From assembly GCA_051008895.1 (NCBI GenBank), contig JBPCXI010000225.1, forward strand, positions 1-20,225: a stretch of 20,225 bases of DNA. The letters are read 5' to 3'. Position 1 is the stretch's first letter. Every line of letters begins with the position of its first letter. The notes beneath the pieces were generated by a model, which was not told the DNA's origin, did no database searches, and saw only the letters and a program-made list of their open reading frames with translations. This document shows positions 8,088 to 16,207 of this stretch, in pieces. The stretch comes from Gammaproteobacteria bacterium (GTDB taxonomy: Bacteria; Pseudomonadota; Gammaproteobacteria; Steroidobacterales; GCA-2729495). The position numbers were made by a program, and so were the translations under genes.

Positions 8088-8432
8088 ATGGCCATGACCA
8101 AAGATTTACTCAATCGTCGTTGTGAGCCCTGCGAGGGTGGCGTGCCGCCGCTGGAGCCGGAAGCGGTGCAGGAGTTGCGCAAGGCCCTCGACGGCAACTG
8201 GCAGGTGACAGACGACGGCAAGTCGATCGTGCGGACGTTCGATTTCGCGGGCTATCATCGGACGATTTCTTTCGTCAACGCGCTCGCGTGGATTGCCGAG
8301 AGCGAAGGCCATCATCCCGACCTCGGGGTGCACTACGGCAAGGTTGAGGTGCTGTATACGACGCACGCGATCGGCGGGTTATCGGAAAACGACTTCATCT
8401 GCGCCGCGAAAATCGATCGGCTGCGGAACTAG
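8088..8432 (+). CDS. phhB: Pterin-4a-carbinolamine dehydratase (PCD/DCoH).
   Basis: The 114-aa protein carries the family signature around EGHHPDL. Its size is typical for bacterial PhhB. The start could be ATG 8088 or ATG 8094. Confidence 0.85.
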   Translation: MAMTKDLLNRRCEPCEGGVPPLEPEAVQELRKALDGNWQVTDDGKSIVRTFDFAGYHRTISFVNALAWIAESEGHHPDLGVHYGKVEVLYTTHAIGGLSENDFICAAKIDRLRN

Positions 8433-8470
8433 AGCATTGCCTTTAGAACATAGCCCCTGGAACATCGCGC

Positions 8471-10273
8471 CTAGAACATAGCTGACGGACCGACTTCGCC
8501 GTCGTCGTCGTCGTCCTCACGACGATTCTTGATGAAATCGCCGGTGATCATCTTGTCGTATGCCATGCCGGGCCCGACCATTGGAAAGACCATGGCGTCG
8601 GGATCGATGATCACCTCGAGAAACGCAGGTCCGTCGAACTCGATGAATTCCTTGACGACCTTTTCCACGTCGTTCTTTTGCTCCAGCCGCACCGCGAAAT
8701 CAAAACCGTCAGCCTGCGCAGCCTTGATGAAGTCTTTGCGATGCAGCGACTTGTCGGTCGCCGAAAAACGGCCTTTGTAATACAGCTTCTGCCACTGTCT
8801 GACCATCCCGTCGCCGTAGTTGTTGAGCACGACGACCTTGACGGGCAGGTCGTAGGTGGTGACCGTCTCGAGTTCGCCGAGATTCATCCGGATGCTCGCA
8901 TCGCCGTCGATATCGATGACCAGCCGGTCCGGACGCGCAAACTGCGCGCCAATCGCCGCTGGCAGGCCGAATCCCATCGTACCCATGCTGCCCGATGTCA
9001 GCCACAGTCGCGGTTCGCGAAAATCGAACCCCTGGGCTGCCCACATCTGGTGCTGGCCGACGCCGGTCGTGATGATTGCGTCGCCCTGCGTATGCTTGTT
9101 CAGTTCCTCAATGACATAGTCGGGCTGGATAAGCGCGCTGTCACGGTCGTAGTTTTGCGCGTACGTCGATTTCAGCGCCGCGATTTCCTCGTGCCAGATC
9201 GGCAGCCGAGTCTTGATATCGTGCCGGTCCCCATACGCGATCAGCGCCTGCAGATCGCGATTCAGGATGCCGACGTGATACCAGTCGACATTCTTGACCT
9301 TGCCGATCTCCGACGGGTCGACGTCGAAATGCGCGAGTCGCTTCGCGCTCGGCGCAAACTTCTCGGGCACTCCCGCGACGCGATCGTCGAAACGCGCGCC
9401 GACAGCGATCAGGAAATCGCAGTCGTCGACCGCGTAGTTCGCAAAAGCAGCGCCGTGCATGCCGAGCATGCGTAACGACAGGTCGCTGGTCGTATCCTGC
9501 GCGCCAATGCCCATCAGCGTCGTCGTAATCGGTATCCCGAAGCGATCCGCAAACGTTCTCAGCGAAGCCGAGGAATCGCTGTTGACGACGCCGCCCCCCG
9601 CATAAATCAGCGGGCGCTCCGAACGTGCCAGCATGTCGAAGAATACCTTTGCCGTGCCGGCGGTCAGAACGTTTTCTTCGACCGCGCGCATGCGCTGGCG
9701 ATAGCCGACGATCGGTAGCAAGCCGGTGCCCTCGAATTCGCCGACCCAGTTCTGCACGTCTTTCGGCACGTCTACGACGACCGGTCCGGGTCTGCCGGTG
9801 CGGGCAATTTCGAACGCGGTACGCACGGTGGCCTCGAGTTTGTGCGGGTCGGTCACGAGGAACACATGTTTCGCGACCGCCGAGCCCATAACCGCTGAAA
9901 TCGGGGCCTCCTGGAATGCGTCCGTGCCGATCGCTGCCGTCGGGACCTGGCCGCAGATCACGACGATCGGTATCGAGTCGGCCATGCAGTCGCGGACCGG
10001 CGTAACGGTATTGGTCGCGCCGGGACCCGACGTCACCATGACGACGCCGACCTCGCCGCTCGCGCGAGCGTATCCGGACGCCATGAAGCCGGCCCCCTGC
10101 TCGTTGGCCGGCACGATCAACGGCATTGGCACGCCGCCGTTGTCGTCGCGGTTGTCGTCGTTGTAACGAAAGACTGCGTCGTAGGTCGGGAGGATCGCGC
10201 CGCCACTGTAGCCGAAAATCGCGTCGACGCCTTCGTCGGCGAGTACCTGTACGATCATTTCCGCGCCGGTCAT
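8471..10273 (-). CDS. ilvI: Acetolactate synthase (acetohydroxy-acid synthase) large catalytic subunit. It is ThDP-dependent and carries an unusual C-terminal poly-Asp tail.
   Basis: ALS-specific motifs are present: FGYSGGAILPTYDAV, GPGATN, RMLGMHG, GVGQHQMWAAQ and SGSMGTMGFGLPAAIGA. The start is chosen at MTGAEMIVQ (10273). The longer ORF allows ATG 10330 or 10501. The C-terminus ...NRREDDDDDGEVGPSAMF is atypical for this family. Confidence 0.85.
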   Translation of the reverse strand: MTGAEMIVQVLADEGVDAIFGYSGGAILPTYDAVFRYNDDNRDDNGGVPMPLIVPANEQGAGFMASGYARASGEVGVVMVTSGPGATNTVTPVRDCMADSIPIVVICGQVPTAAIGTDAFQEAPISAVMGSAVAKHVFLVTDPHKLEATVRTAFEIARTGRPGPVVVDVPKDVQNWVGEFEGTGLLPIVGYRQRMRAVEENVLTAGTAKVFFDMLARSERPLIYAGGGVVNSDSSASLRTFADRFGIPITTTLMGIGAQDTTSDLSLRMLGMHGAAFANYAVDDCDFLIAVGARFDDRVAGVPEKFAPSAKRLAHFDVDPSEIGKVKNVDWYHVGILNRDLQALIAYGDRHDIKTRLPIWHEEIAALKSTYAQNYDRDSALIQPDYVIEELNKHTQGDAIITTGVGQHQMWAAQGFDFREPRLWLTSGSMGTMGFGLPAAIGAQFARPDRLVIDIDGDASIRMNLGELETVTTYDLPVKVVVLNNYGDGMVRQWQKLYYKGRFSATDKSLHRKDFIKAAQADGFDFAVRLEQKNDVEKVVKEFIEFDGPAFLEVIIDPDAMVFPMVGPGMAYDKMITGDFIKNRREDDDDDGEVGPSAMF

Positions 10274-10492
10274 GCGCTTGCCGGCACGCGGGTGTGCGGT
10301 CGTTTCGATTGTCGGTGACGGACTTGCCATAACGTTGGAAGGCGCTTTGTGCGGGTCTATGAGGATCGAGTTGTTGTGTTTTCGCGAGTTTCGAACAAAT
10401 GAGGGTCCATTGCAATAGCAAACATTCTGAGCGAGTATTGCCAATCTTCTAAATCTTAAGGCTTTTTTCGGCACCTCCGGCGAAAACCAGCG

Positions 10493-10993
10493 ATGCGACA
10501 CGTGATTTCCATACTGCTGCAGAACGAAGCCGGCGCGCTCGCGAGGGTCGCGTCGTTGTTCTCGACGCGCGGCTACAACATCGAATCGCTCAGCGTCGCG
10601 CCGACCGAGGACCCGCAGGTCTCGCGATTGACGCTGGTTTCGATCGGGTCCGATCAGGTCATTTCACAGATTACGCAGCAGCTGTTCAAACTCGTCGATG
10701 TCGTAAATATTGCCGATATGACACTTGGCGATCATATAGAGCGCGAGCTGCTGCTGCTCAAGCTGCGCGTAGACACGGAGCACGGCGATAAGGTCCGGGA
10801 CATGGCGCGCGAGCTTAAGGCCCGTGTGCTCGACGACGCTTTGCGGAACTACACCGTGGAAGTCACCGGCAGCAGCGGCCAGCTCGATGAATTCATCGAT
10901 CGCGTCGGCAACTGCGGCGATATCCTGACGGTCGTGCGCTCGGGGCCGCTGTCGCTCGCGCGGGGCCAGCAGGTGTTGAGCGCGACAATCTGA
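10493..10993 (+). CDS. ilvH: Acetolactate synthase small (regulatory, ACT-domain) subunit.
   Basis: 166 aa. The N-terminus MRHVISILLQNEAGALARVASLFSTRGYNIESLSVAPTEDPQVSRLT closely matches the IlvH/IlvN ACT-domain signature. Confidence 0.85.
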   Translation: MRHVISILLQNEAGALARVASLFSTRGYNIESLSVAPTEDPQVSRLTLVSIGSDQVISQITQQLFKLVDVVNIADMTLGDHIERELLLLKLRVDTEHGDKVRDMARELKARVLDDALRNYTVEVTGSSGQLDEFIDRVGNCGDILTVVRSGPLSLARGQQVLSATI

Positions 10994-11010
10994 CCTGCGC
11001 TGCGGCAGCC

Positions 11011-12159
11011 ATGAACTCTGTTAGCGATCACGAGATCACGCGACCCGCGTTGGCCGACGCCGGCCGCGTGGTCATCAAGATAGGCTCGTCGCTGCTGGTC
11101 GATGCGGAGACGGGCCGTCTGAACCGTCGCTGGCTCGAATCCCTCGCCGACGAGGTTGTGCGCCTGCGCGAACGGGGCCAGCAGGTACTGATCGTGTCGT
11201 CCGGCGCGATCGCGCTGGGGCGTCGCTACCTCGGCCTGTCGCCGGCGCAATCGCGACTCGAGGATCACCAGGCCGCCGCCGCCGCCGGCCAGGTGCTGCT
11301 CGCGCATGCGTACCAGGACCTGCTGGACGATCGCGGCGTTCGCATCGCGCAGATTCTGCTGACGCTGGACGATACCGAGGATCGCCGTCGGTATCTGAAC
11401 GCGCGCAGTACGCTGGCGACGCTGCTGAAGCTCGGCGTCGTGCCGGTGATTAACGAGAACGATACCGTCGCGACGCAGGAGATTCGCTACGGCGACAACG
11501 ATCGTCTCGGCGCCCGCGTCGCGGAAATGGTCAGTGCGGACTGCCTCGTGCTGCTGTCCGACGTCGACGGGCTGTATAGCAGCGACCCGAGTTCGGATAC
11601 GGACGCCGAGCTGATCGCCGAGGTGCGTGAGATTACCGCCGATATCGAGGCGCGGGCCGGTGCGTCCAGTACGCCGTTCGGATCCGGCGGCATGGTCACC
11701 AAGCTGGCCGCGGCCCGCATCTGCATGGCCGCAGGCTGTGCGACGCTAATTGCGAACGGCCATCGGCTCGAGCCGATGCGGGCGATCGAAGCTGGCGCGC
11801 CGTGCACCTGGTTCATCCCGCGCAAGTCCCCGCGCGCGGCGCGCAAGCAATGGATAGCGGGCAGCCTGACGTCGCGTGGCAAGCTCATGATCGACGCGGG
11901 TGCGGAACGTGCACTCGCGAGTGGCAGTAGCCTGCTGCCGGTCGGCGTCGTCGGCGTCGAAGGCGATTTCGAGCGTGGCGATGCGATTTCCGTCGTCAGC
12001 AGTGATGGCCGCGATATTGCGCGCGGTCTTGCCGCGTATTCGAGTGCGGATGCTCGCACTATCCAGGGCCGACGCAGCGAGGAGATCGATTCGCTGCTTG
12101 GTTACGGCGGGCGAGATGAGATAATACATCGCGACGATCTGGTCCTGATGGATGGATGA
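11011..12159 (+). CDS. proB: Glutamate 5-kinase with a C-terminal PUA domain.
   Basis: [12 protein letters not shown]...[12 protein letters not shown]...VINEND are amino-acid-kinase family motifs. The C-terminal PUA-like segment begins [13 protein letters not shown]. The gene starts 17 nt after ilvH. Confidence 0.9.
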   Translation: MNSVSDHEITRPALADAGRVVIKIGSSLLVDAETGRLNRRWLESLADEVVRLRERGQQVLIVSSGAIALGRRYLGLSPAQSRLEDHQAAAAAGQVLLAHAYQDLLDDRGVRIAQILLTLDDTEDRRRYLNARSTLATLLKLGVVPVINENDTVATQEIRYGDNDRLGARVAEMVSADCLVLLSDVDGLYSSDPSSDTDAELIAEVREITADIEARAGASSTPFGSGGMVTKLAAARICMAAGCATLIANGHRLEPMRAIEAGAPCTWFIPRKSPRAARKQWIAGSLTSRGKLMIDAGAERALASGSSLLPVGVVGVEGDFERGDAISVVSSDGRDIARGLAAYSSADARTIQGRRSEEIDSLLGYGGRDEIIHRDDLVLMDG

Positions 12160-13447
12160 CATGAGCGTGACGAGCGAGCAAATGAATACGGACACCGCCG
12201 CAGCGATGGAGCGCATCGGGCGGCAGGCCCGTGCCGCCGCGAGTGAGCTCGCGAAGGCCGGGGCGGGCGAGAAGGTTGATGCGTTGCACGCGGCGGCCGC
12301 GACAATTCGTGAGCGTGCCGCCGCGATCTTGCAGGCGAACGCGCTCGACATGGAGACGGCCCGCGCGCGCAGTATCCCGGCGGCGATGCTCGACCGCTTG
12401 CTATTGAACGAAGAACGCGTCGAGGCGATGGCTGTCGGCGTGGAGCAGGTCGCCGCGCTCGACGATCCGATTGGCACGACCATTGCGGACTGGGACCGGC
12501 CGAACGGTCTGCGTATCCAGCGCGTGCGTGTGCCGCTCGGCGTTATCGGCATCATTGACGAGAGTCGGCCGAACTTGACGGCCGACGCCGGCGCGCTGTG
12601 CCTGAAGTCCGGGAACGCGGTGATCCTGCGCGGCGGCTCGGAGAGTTTTAATTCGAGCACGGCGATTCAGGCGTGTTTCGAGCATGCGCTGACGGAGACG
12701 GGACTGCCGGCGGCCGCGATTCAGATTGTGCCGACCCGGAGTCGCGACGCGGTGGGTATGATGCTGGCCGGGCTGGACGGCTGTGTCGACGTCATCGTTC
12801 CGCGCGGCGGCAAGAACCTGATCGCACGCGTGCAGCAGGATGCGCGCGTCCCGGTCATCGGCCATCTCGAGGGCCTCTGTCACGTCTACGTGCATCCTTC
12901 CGCCAATGTGAAAATGGCGACGGACATCGTGCTGAACGCAAAGATGCGTCGCACCGGTATTTGCGGTGCGGCGGAGTCGCTGTTGATCGATCGCGACGCG
13001 CTCGGTACGCACCTGCCCGCGATTGTTGATGCACTGGCGGCCGCTGGTTGCGAGCTGCGCGGCGACGAAGATGCGCGCGCGATCGATGCACGCATCGTTC
13101 CCGCAACGGACGAGGACTGGACGACGGAATACCTCGACGCGATCCTGTCCATTCGCACGATCGCCGGCATCGATGCGGCGATCGCGCACATCGAGACCCA
13201 CGGCTCCGGGCACACGGATGCGATCGTTGCCGAGGATCGCAATGTCGTCGAGCGATTCTTCAGTCAGCTCGACAGCGCAATACTGATGCACAACGCATCG
13301 ACGCAGTTCGCCGACGGCGGCGAATTCGGCATGGGCGCGGAGATCGGTATCGCAACGGGCCGGATCCACGCGCGTGGCCCGGTCGGCGCGGAGCAGCTGA
13401 CGAGCTTCAAATACGTCGTCCGCGGTAGCGGTCAGACCCGCCCGTAA
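12152..13447 (+). CDS. proA: Gamma-glutamyl phosphate reductase (glutamate-5-semialdehyde dehydrogenase).
   Basis: ALDH-superfamily ProA with conserved full-length architecture. It overlaps the proB stop by 8 nt. An alternative start is ATG 12161, immediately after the proB stop. Confidence 0.9.
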   Translation: MDDMSVTSEQMNTDTAAAMERIGRQARAAASELAKAGAGEKVDALHAAAATIRERAAAILQANALDMETARARSIPAAMLDRLLLNEERVEAMAVGVEQVAALDDPIGTTIADWDRPNGLRIQRVRVPLGVIGIIDESRPNLTADAGALCLKSGNAVILRGGSESFNSSTAIQACFEHALTETGLPAAAIQIVPTRSRDAVGMMLAGLDGCVDVIVPRGGKNLIARVQQDARVPVIGHLEGLCHVYVHPSANVKMATDIVLNAKMRRTGICGAAESLLIDRDALGTHLPAIVDALAAAGCELRGDEDARAIDARIVPATDEDWTTEYLDAILSIRTIAGIDAAIAHIETHGSGHTDAIVAEDRNVVERFFSQLDSAILMHNASTQFADGGEFGMGAEIGIATGRIHARGPVGAEQLTSFKYVVRGSGQTRP

Positions 13448-15049
13448 TTGGTGGCCGATACCAATCCAAGCCACGATTTTGACCTGATTGTCATCGGTGG
13501 CGGCGTCAACGGCGCCGGCATCGCCCGTGACGCGGCCCTGCGCGGCCTGCGCGTCTGTCTGCTGGAGCAGGCGGATCTGTGCCACGGCACGAGCCGCTGG
13601 TCCAGTCGCCTGATCCACGGCGGTTTGCGGTATCTGGAGCACTTCGAGTTGTCGCTCGTGTACGAATCGCTGCACGAGAGGGAGGCACTGCTCAAGACCG
13701 CGCCGCACCTGGTCCGCTCGCTCGAATTGCTCATCCCGATTTACCGCGGTGGGCGCCGGGGCAGGTTTGTCATCGCGTGCGGCATGTGGCTCTACGACCT
13801 GCTGTCGATCGGCAAGTCGGTGCCGCGGCACCGGATGCTCGATGCCGAGGAGGCGCTGGTCGCGATGCCGTTGCTCAATCCTGCGGCACTGACAGGTGCG
13901 GCCTGCTACTACGACGCGCAGGTTGTATTCGCGGAGCGCCTGATCGTCGAGAACGCGCTCGCCGCGCGCGACGCCGGCGCATCAATCCGCACCTACAGCC
14001 GCGTCGACCGAATACTGATCGAGGACCGCCGCGTGCGCGGCGTTCGCTACACGGACTTGCGTACCGATCGGCAACATGATGTCACCGCGACCGTGGTCGT
14101 CAACGCGGCCGGTCCGTGGGTCGATTCGGTTCTCGACAAGCTCGACGCCGACGTGCCCGACTTCATGGGCGGGACGAAGGGTACCCATATCGTCGTGCCG
14201 AAGTTTCCGGGCCACCCGCGGATTGCGGTTTACTCGGAGGCGGCGTCCGACGGGCGGCCCTTTTTCATCATCCCGTGGAACGGGATGTTGCTGATCGGGA
14301 CCACGGATATTCGCCACGAAGGTAGTCCGGCGGACGCGTCGGCGGATGCAGGCGAAATTCGTTACCTGCTCGATGAGACGAATCGCGTGTTTCCCGGCGC
14401 CAATCTCGACGAATCCAAGATTCACTATCACTATTGCGGCGTGCGACCGCTGCCGAAAAAGCCGAAGAAATCTACAGGCGCAATTACGCGCAAGCACATC
14501 ATCCGCCATCACCGGCGCGTCGCGAATGGCCTGTACTCCGTGATCGGGGGCAAGCTAACGACCTACCGCAATCTCGCCGAGATCGTGACGGATCGCGCCG
14601 TTCGCCGTATCGGCAGGCGCGCCGCCGCATGCGTGACGAAGAAGGCGCCGCTTCCCGGCGCAGCCGGCGATCACGGCGCGACCGTCGATGCACTCGACGC
14701 CTGCGATGCGATCGCGCCCGAGGCTCGCGCACACCTGCTGCAGGTATACGGCTCCCGCGCGACCGCGATAAAGAAACTGATTGATGAAAACCGGGAGCTC
14801 GGCGCACGCATCTGCCCGCACAGTCACGCGATTGCCGCCGAGGTTGTGTTCTGTTTCCGCGAAGAACTCGCGACAACAATAGCCGATGTCATGTTGCGCC
14901 GAACGATGATCGGTTTATCCGAGGACCTCGGCCGGGCCGCGCTGCCACGTGCAATCGAGGTCGCGAGAAAGTATCTCGGTTGGAGTCAGCAACGCGCCGA
15001 CGAAGAAGAGCGGCGATACCTGCGCGAGATTGATCGACTGACGCATTGA
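13448..15049 (+). CDS. glpD: FAD-dependent glycerol-3-phosphate dehydrogenase.
   Basis: The N-terminal FAD-binding motif DLIVIGGGVNGAGIARDAALRGL and the downstream motif SSRLIHGGLRYLE are hallmarks of GlpD/GlpA. It has a non-ATG start (TTG/GTG) directly after the proA stop. Confidence 0.8.
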   Translation: MVADTNPSHDFDLIVIGGGVNGAGIARDAALRGLRVCLLEQADLCHGTSRWSSRLIHGGLRYLEHFELSLVYESLHEREALLKTAPHLVRSLELLIPIYRGGRRGRFVIACGMWLYDLLSIGKSVPRHRMLDAEEALVAMPLLNPAALTGAACYYDAQVVFAERLIVENALAARDAGASIRTYSRVDRILIEDRRVRGVRYTDLRTDRQHDVTATVVVNAAGPWVDSVLDKLDADVPDFMGGTKGTHIVVPKFPGHPRIAVYSEAASDGRPFFIIPWNGMLLIGTTDIRHEGSPADASADAGEIRYLLDETNRVFPGANLDESKIHYHYCGVRPLPKKPKKSTGAITRKHIIRHHRRVANGLYSVIGGKLTTYRNLAEIVTDRAVRRIGRRAAACVTKKAPLPGAAGDHGATVDALDACDAIAPEARAHLLQVYGSRATAIKKLIDENRELGARICPHSHAIAAEVVFCFREELATTIADVMLRRTMIGLSEDLGRAALPRAIEVARKYLGWSQQRADEEERRYLREIDRLTH

Positions 15050-15077
15050 ACTTTTTTTCACGCTAATGTCAAAAGGC

Positions 15078-15112
15078 ATTGACAGTGTAAACACACGAGC
15101 GTAAAGTCCGCC
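15078..15112 (+). promoter_or_regulatory. Candidate sigma70-type promoter.
   Basis: TTGACA (15078-15083), a 17-nt spacer, then TAAAGT. It lies 30 nt downstream of the glpD stop and faces the structured region and the tRNA array. Confidence 0.3.
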
Positions 15113-15297
15113 GCCCTATGAAAACTTACCGACAAAATTTGATTCACGATTACGCGCCGACGTGCGCGACGAACGATCGTGAAGTTTTTGATCGCGGCCT
15201 GAATTGGCCTCGCGATCGCGGTCTCGCTCGGCCTGCGGAAAGTGCAGGTGCCGGCGGCGCCACAGGAGATTTGATTAGATAGCCTTGCGAACAATGT

Positions 15298-15329
15298 GTC
15301 GGAAGGCTGTCCGCATGCAGCCTTCCGAC
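15298..15329. repeat. Perfect 12-bp inverted repeat (hairpin) with an 8-nt loop.
   Basis: GTCGGAAGGCTG-tccgcatg-CAGCCTTCCGAC. The repeat is an exact reverse complement. Confidence 0.7.
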
Positions 15330-15340
15330 CAGGGAACGAG

Positions 15341-15377
15341 AAGCCCCGGTTGGCGTATGCAACCGGGGCTTTTTCTT
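15341..15377 (+). terminator. Rho-independent terminator.
   Basis: GC-rich 10-12 bp stem (AAGCCCCGGTTG / CAACCGGGGCTT) with a 7-nt loop, followed by TTTTTCTT. Confidence 0.6.
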
Positions 15378-15533
15378 GCCTGCGAGAAATGGCCCCGGGA
15401 TTCGTCGTTGGGCGAATCTCGTTCTTTAACAATGCGGATTACCTGATAGGGAGGCCATGGGGTCAGACCCCGCCCGTCGACTTGCTGTAGTTCAGCAACC
15501 GAATGGGGTCTGACTCCGAGCCCTCCCGACTTT

Positions 15534-15610
15534 GCCGGCCTGGCTTTAATGGCAAGAAGCGGCTGCCTGGTAAGCAGCAGAAAGAGGTTCGATTCCTCTG
15601 ACCGGCACCA
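15534..15610 (+). tRNA. tRNA-Thr (anticodon GGT).
   Basis: Cloverleaf read by eye. Acceptor GCCGGCC/GACCGGC has one C-A mismatch. D-stem GCTT/AAGC. Anticodon stem GCTGC/GCAGC with loop CTGGTAA. T-arm AGAGG-TTCGATT-CCTCT. CCA is encoded. Confidence 0.75.
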
Positions 15611-15615
15611 CACAT

Positions 15616-15690
15616 GCACTGGTAGCTCAGACGGCAGAGCGCCTGGTTGAAGCCCAGGAAACGGAGTCTCGAAACCTCCCCGGTGCGCCA
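15616..15690 (+). tRNA. tRNA-Phe (anticodon GAA), atypical.
   Basis: Acceptor GCACTGG/CCGGTGC includes a G-U pair. D-arm GCTC-AGACGGCA-GAGC. Anticodon stem CCTGG/CCAGG with loop TTGAAGC, so position 37 is G. T-arm GGAGT-CTCGAAA-CCTCC has U53-C61 and C54, which is non-canonical. CCA is encoded. Confidence 0.55.
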
Positions 15691-15696
15691 GATTAT

Positions 15697-15771
15697 TCCG
15701 GTTTAGCTCAACGGTAGAGCGGCCGCCTGTTAAGCGGCCAGGTGCAGGTTCGAATCCCGCAGCCGGAGCCA
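15697..15771 (+). tRNA. tRNA-Asn (anticodon GTT).
   Basis: Acceptor TCCGGTT/AGCCGGA. D-arm GCTC-AACGGTA-GAGC. Anticodon stem GCCGC/GCGGC with loop CTGTTAA. T-arm GCAGG-TTCGAAT-CCCGC has one A-C mismatch. CCA is encoded. Confidence 0.75.
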
Positions 15772-15777
15772 ATCATC

Positions 15778-15845
15778 GGGGGTGTTTCTGAGAAAGCGAA
15801 CGCCTTGCAAGCGCGTGCAGGCCGGTTTGATTCCGGCCGCCTCCA
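15778..15845 (+). pseudogene. Degenerate tRNA-like element. The acceptor and T-arm are intact, but the D and anticodon arms are aberrant.
   Basis: Acceptor GGGGGTG/CGCCTCC pairs, with two G-U. T-arm GCCGG-TTTGATT-CCGGC is perfect. The intervening 34 nt cannot be folded into canonical D and anticodon arms. The best case is CGC-CTTGCAA-GCG, a UGC (Ala)-like loop on a 3-bp stem. No CCA is encoded. Confidence 0.35.
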
Positions 15846-15948
15846 TTCAATGACGAGCGGCTTTCAGGCTGCACGAAGTCGGCCTGAAAGACCTCCTCGG
15901 AATTAATGCCGGAAAACCACCGGTTTTCTCGGCGCTCAATTTCAATAG

Positions 15949-16024
15949 GCCTCGTTAGCTAAGCGACCAAAGCAGCGGACTGTCCATCCGAAGATCACGA
16001 GTTTGATTCTCGTACGGGGCGCCA
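15949..16024 (+). tRNA. tRNA-Asp (anticodon GTC), atypical.
   Basis: Acceptor GCCTCGT/ACGGGGC with discriminator G73, which is Asp-like. Anticodon loop CTGTCCA puts C at position 37. The D-stem is weak at 3 bp and the D-loop has no GG. T-arm ACGAG-TTTGATT-CTCGT. CCA is encoded. Confidence 0.55.
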
Positions 16025-16030
16025 AACATC

Positions 16031-16107
16031 GAACCGGTGCGCAAATGGTCAAAGCGGCCAGGCTCTCAACCTGGTGATTGTGGGTTCAACTCCCATCCGG
16101 TTTACCA
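16031..16107 (+). tRNA. tRNA-Glu (anticodon CTC).
   Basis: Acceptor GAACCGG/CCGGTTT with G1-U72. Anticodon stem CCAGG/CCTGG with loop CTCTCAA. T-arm GTGGG-TTCAACT-CCCAT. CCA is encoded. Confidence 0.65.
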
Positions 16108-16123
16108 ATTTTCAATAGTCACT

Positions 16124-16201
16124 CAGGGTGTAGCTCAGCCTGGCCAGAGCATGCGGTCCGGAACCGCGAGGCCACTGGTTCGAATCCAGTCGCCCTGACC
16201 A
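16124..16201 (+). tRNA. tRNA-Pro (anticodon CGG), atypical with C33.
   Basis: Acceptor CAGGGTG/CGCCCTG. D-arm GCTC-AGCCTGGCCA-GAGC. Anticodon stem TGCGG/CCGCG with loop TCCGGAA, so position 33 is C rather than the near-universal U. T-arm ACTGG-TTCGAAT-CCAGT. CCA is encoded. Confidence 0.55.
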
Positions 16202-16207
16202 ATCAAT

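Noticed and set aside
8497-8520. GTC/GTCGTC simple-sequence repeat.
   Set aside because: It is not an independent repeat element. It is the coding sequence (minus strand) of the poly-Asp tail of the ALS protein, and is noted under that finding.
9141-10421. 426-aa minus-strand ORF in an alternate frame inside the ALS gene.
   Set aside because: It is an Arg-rich (RRRRR) alternate-frame product of the real ALS reading frame (8471..10273 -), which carries all the ThDP/ALS motifs.
12401-13831. 476-aa minus-strand ORF across proA/glpD.
   Set aside because: It is antisense to proA and glpD, both of which have unmistakable family motifs. The open frame is due to high GC.
15275-15772. 165-aa minus-strand ORF, with other small ORFs between 15058 and 15490.
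   Set aside because: They overlap the tRNA genes and the hairpin/terminator region. They have no ribosome-binding sites and no similarity to known proteins. The region is better explained as non-coding RNA.
15778-15845. Possibility that this element is the tRNA-like domain of tmRNA (ssrA).
   Set aside because: It is only about 68 nt between the paired acceptor strands. It has no mRNA-like domain or pseudoknots, and it does not end in GCCA-CCA. It is a degenerate tRNA instead.
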